Assembly (NCBI GenBank): GCA_963842525.1
Contig: CAWJGT010000009.1
Coordinates: 160,001-224,000, forward strand
Origin: an uncultured Holophagales bacterium
Lineage (GTDB): Bacteria > Acidobacteriota > Thermoanaerobaculia > Multivoradales > UBA5704
Reading direction: 5' to 3'
Length of the DNA stretch: 64,000 nucleotides
The notes under the pieces: generated by a model
What the model was told of the DNA's origin: nothing
The model's database searches: none
The model's input: the letters and a program-made list of their open reading frames with translations, nothing else
In this document: piece by piece, positions 60,721 to 64,000 of the stretch
Layout of the letters: each line of letters opens with the position of its first letter
Numbering within the stretch: position 1 is the first letter of the stretch
Made by a program: the position numbers and the translations under genes

Positions 60721-61569
60721 ATGGTGAATCCTGATACGTCGCGCACCCACGCGATCCCGGAGGGAGCCGTCGCCGCCGGACGGGAGCGCGATCCGGCCCT
60801 GCAGCCCGACATCAAGGACCCGATTCTGCGGATCGAGTCGCTGGCGCTCTGGTACGGGCAGAAGCAGGCCCTGCACGGGATCTCGATGGAGATCCCGGAA
60901 AAACAGATCACGGCCTTCATCGGCCCTTCGGGCTGTGGCAAATCGACTCTGCTGCGCTGCATCAACCGGCTGAACGATCTGATCGACGGTGTGCGCACCG
61001 AGGGAGACATCCTGTTCAACGGCGCCAGCATCTTCGACCCGCGGATCGACATCAATGCCTTACGCAAGCGGATCGGCATGGTGTTCCAGAAGTCGAATCC
61101 GTTCCCGAAGTCGATCTACGAGAATGTGGCCTATGGCAGCCGCATCCAGGGGATCAACCGCAAGCGGGACCTGGACGAGGTCGTGGAGCGCAGCCTGCGC
61201 CGTGCGGCCCTCTGGGACGAGGTCAAGGACCGGCTCGACGACAGCGCCCTCGGCCTCTCGGGCGGCCAGCAGCAGCGCCTGTGCATCGCGAGAGCGATCG
61301 CCGTCGAGCCGGAGGTGATCCTCTTCGACGAGCCCTGCTCGGCCCTCGACCCGATCGCCACGGCGCGCATCGAGGAGCTGATGCAGGACCTGAAGACCCA
61401 ATACACCCAGGTCATCGTCACCCACAACATGCAGCAGGCCTCGCGCGTCTCCGACTACACCGCCTTCCTCTACCTTGGCGAGCTCGTCGAGTACGGCCCG
61501 ACCGAGCGGATCTTCATCAAGCCCGTGAAGTCGCAGACCGAGGACTACATCACCGGCCGCTTCGGGTGA
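60721..61569 (+). CDS. pstB: Phosphate ABC ATP-binding protein
   Basis: [38 protein letters not shown]. Confidence 0.95.
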   Translation: MVNPDTSRTHAIPEGAVAAGRERDPALQPDIKDPILRIESLALWYGQKQALHGISMEIPEKQITAFIGPSGCGKSTLLRCINRLNDLIDGVRTEGDILFNGASIFDPRIDINALRKRIGMVFQKSNPFPKSIYENVAYGSRIQGINRKRDLDEVVERSLRRAALWDEVKDRLDDSALGLSGGQQQRLCIARAIAVEPEVILFDEPCSALDPIATARIEELMQDLKTQYTQVIVTHNMQQASRVSDYTAFLYLGELVEYGPTERIFIKPVKSQTEDYITGRFG

Positions 61570-61620
61570 ACCGATGATATAGTCGTCCCTCGTGCCGAAA
61601 GCCCTGTTGCACCTCGTCAA

Positions 61621-61989
61621 GTGCCTTTTCCTGACTGTCTTCGCGGCAGCCGTGTGCGGAGTCTTCTTCGGCTGGCCCCCCCGTCTCAATCAGGTCCTTC
61701 GCGGGCTCGCAGATCCGCCGGCGTGGAGGTCGGGGTCGCGTCTGCCTGGGTCAGTTGGCGCCAGCGTAGGGCGACAACTGTCCGGCGTGCCGCGTTATGG
61801 GGTGCGCTCTGTGGTCTCGGCATCGGAGCCCTCGGTGCGTTGGTAGGCTGCGTTGTTGCGGGGATGCCTCCCTCTGAGTCGCTTTCAATCCTTGCCTGCT
61901 GGGCGGTCATGTCTGTGTTCATGGCACCGTACGTGGCACTCTGGCTAGCTGCCTTCTGCGCCTGGGAGAGGTGGCGCAGTGCCAGTTGA
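61621..61989 (+). CDS. Hypothetical membrane protein, possibly frameshifted
   Basis: Hydrophobic segments in overlapping ORFs 61592-61846 and 61621-61989. Confidence 0.35.
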   Translation: MPFPDCLRGSRVRSLLRLAPPSQSGPSRARRSAGVEVGVASAWVSWRQRRATTVRRAALWGALCGLGIGALGALVGCVVAGMPPSESLSILACWAVMSVFMAPYVALWLAAFCAWERWRSAS

Positions 61990-62097
61990 GGCTCCACAGC
62001 AGGCTTGAGAGAGCGCCCTTGAGAAAGTGCCGCCAGTGCGGCAATCGTACGTGGCAGAAGGTCCGAAGACCGAGAGCGAGCTCGACGCGGAACCCTC

Positions 62098-62600
62098 GTG
62101 AGCATAGGCAATCTCATCGATTGGCTTGTTAAGGACAAGCAGAAAGACCTCTTCGAGGTCGTTGTCGCGCTGGTTCTGAACATCCTTTTCCTCGCACTGA
62201 TCGCACTGCTGCTCTGGCCTCTTGACCGACTCATGCTGGCGTTTGGTCTCGCGAAGGGCTATGGCATCTTCTGGATCGTCGTCTTTGTGACCGCTTTATT
62301 GGTAAGCGCTTCACCATCTTTGTTCCGGGTAAATCTGTATGACCACTCCAACGCTTTTGTGATCTCGAATCTTGCGGTCAGTTGCCTCTTGCAGTTGGGC
62401 TGGGCGGCTTTTGCCGCCCTGACGGTTCACAGCTTTCGTGACCGGCTTGCCTGCCTGGGTTGTGGTGCTCCTGTATCTCGTCGGGGTGCTTTCGTGCTTC
62501 ATCGCTTTCTTTGCAGTCTCGGCTTTCTACCAGGGGCATCTTTATAAATTCGTCAGCCTGCCCCTTGCCCTGGTCAGCTTCGTCGTGTTCAGCCTATTGC
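62098..62600 (+). CDS. Hypothetical multi-pass membrane protein, frameshifted
   Basis: Several hydrophobic helices; lower GC. Confidence 0.5.
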
Positions 62601-62601
62601 T

Positions 62602-64000
62602 CTAGATCCGTACCCGCAGGAACGCCATCCAGGACAGCGGCCGGTCGCCATAGTCCACCTCGAGCTCGCTCGGGATCAGGGCAAGGCTGCCGAGCAGTCC
62701 TACGCCCCCCTTCCAGCCGTCGCCGAGGACCGCATCGTAGATGTAGCCGAGGGAGAGCTTGCCGACGTTAAGACGTCGCCGATGTGCACGCCGTTTTTTT
62801 CGTGGCTCTCGTCCGCCACGAAGCCGTGGCCGAAGAGCTCGTCGTTCTGCTTGCCGTTCGAGCCGGCCGAAGAGGGTGTGCCGCTGTGCGAAGGTGGCCG
62901 CCGATTCGAGCAGCCAGGTGTCCGTGGTGGACCCCGGATCCTTGGCGTTGCGTCCCCAGGCCAGGGTGGTCTGCCAGTTGCCGTCCGCCAGCGGGCGGTT
63001 GTAGATCGCCGAAAGCGTCGAGCGGTCGGTGTCCACCTCCGGCTCGAGCTGCTCGGGGCTGTTCAGGTGCCCGAAGCTCGCCTGGAGCGCCCAGTTGACG
63101 GTCGGCTGCCAGGAGGCGCGAAGGGACCAGGAGTCCATCTTCGGCTCTTCGATGTCGGTGCGCTCCTCGTCCGGCTCGCGGCCGGTGAACACCGAGCCCT
63201 CCAGCTTGAACGGACCCCGCACCCAGCCGAGCGTGGCGACGCCGAAGGTGATGTGGGTCGAGTCCAGCCAGTGGTGCGCCAGGGGGGCCTCGGGGTTCTC
63301 CAATCCCGAGAAGCGGTGCATGAAGGCGGGCGGACCCAGTGCCGGCTCGCCGGGCAGGCCCAGATAGAGGAAGACTGAGTCGTCGGTCCCCATGGGCACG
63401 CTGTAGGTGGCCGCGAGCTCCATGAACAGGTCGTGCGGGTGCTGCCGGTCGATCAGGGGATCGACGCCATTGGCGGTCTCGCCGGTCTGGAGGAGGAGCG
63501 GATAGCCCTCGTCGCCGATGGTCCAGGGCTCGGCCGAGAGCATGGCCCGCAGGCCCAGCCGGCCGGAGCCGAGGGGCCGCGTCGCCATGCCCATCAGCAT
63601 GTTCTGGCTGAAGGTCTTTTCATCCCCTCGTGGCCCGTCCTGGTCGTCGTAGATGAGGCTGGCGAAGCCGTGGGCCATCAGCTCCCAGTCGCCCCGGGTC
63701 CGATGAAGCCCGGTGTGGGGAGCCGACTCGGGCTGCCAGGCCGTGCCCGAGGCCTCGCGGCTCATCGGATAGGGGCCGAGCATCCCTGGCATGGCGTGCC
63801 CAGTTTCGTGCTGGTCATGCATGTCCTGGCCCGGCGTCCCTTGCGGTGCGGGCTCGTGTCCTTCGTGCTCGGCCGGTGGCACCGGCCGGAGGGGTTTCGG
63901 CTGGCGGCTCAGCGCCGTGCTTGTGGGCGGCATGGGCGGCGGCGGCTGCTGCTGGGGCGGCGGCGGTTGATGGTGCTCGTGTTGGGCCAGGGCCGGCGAG
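62602..64000 (-). CDS. His/Met-rich conserved outer-membrane-type protein; 5' end beyond the window; frameshifts near the 3' end
   Basis: REASGTAWQP, DRQHPHDLFMELA, HHWLDSTHI motifs. Confidence 0.75.
   Translation of the reverse strand, partial: SPALAQHEHHQPPPPQQQPPPPMPPTSTALSRQPKPLRPVPPAEHEGHEPAPQGTPGQDMHDQHETGHAMPGMLGPYPMSREASGTAWQPESAPHTGLHRTRGDWELMAHGFASLIYDDQDGPRGDEKTFSQNMLMGMATRPLGSGRLGLRAMLSAEPWTIGDEGYPLLLQTGETANGVDPLIDRQHPHDLFMELAATYSVPMGTDDSVFLYLGLPGEPALGPPAFMHRFSGLENPEAPLAHHWLDSTHITFGVATLGWVRGPFKLEGSVFTGREPDEERTDIEEPKMDSWSLRASWQPTVNWALQASFGHLNSPEQLEPEVDTDRSTLSAIYNRPLADGNWQTTLAWGRNAKDPGSTTDTWLLESAATFAQRHTLFGRLERQAERRALRPRLRGGREPRKKRRAHRRRLNVGKLSLGYIYDAVLGDGWKGGVGLLGSLALIPSELEVDYGDRPLSWMAFLRVRI

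Noticed and set aside
1-64000. tRNA/rRNA genes and an integron integrase
   Set aside because: None recognised by eye; no tyrosine or serine recombinase ORF in the track.

Overview
GC-rich bacterial window. The gene families suggest Acidobacteriota/Thermoanaerobaculia (inference). Many single-base frameshifts in housekeeping genes look like long-read errors. There are two ordinary blocks: a pectin/hexuronate utilisation locus (exuT-like MFS, SDR, DUF4861-GH105, kduD, kduI, GH28, TonB receptor, LacI regulator with three operators, kdgK, eda, uxaC, plus garD further on) and a Pho regulon (phoU, arsC, phosphate porin, pstSCAB with Pho boxes). Between them lie highly mosaic accessory tracts. These hold about 15 whole or broken type II toxin-antitoxin modules, cargo segments bracketed by diverged duplicates of neighbouring gene ends, a recurrent ~80-bp junction sequence, low-GC cassette-like genes with an attC-like site, an Mrr-type nuclease, and an IS110/IS1111 element with a structured 3' non-coding region. 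They also hold a 770-bp MITE (23-bp TIR, TAA TSD), three unrelated 21-nt tandem arrays and an orphan lanthipeptide-like precursor. The best candidate for an undescribed system is the module at 50460-54028: a secreted precursor with four DQCxxIDP[D/N]G cores, co-oriented upstream of a TPR protein and flanked by three XRE-type HTH regulators. It resembles a peptide-signalling (RRNPP-like) circuit.
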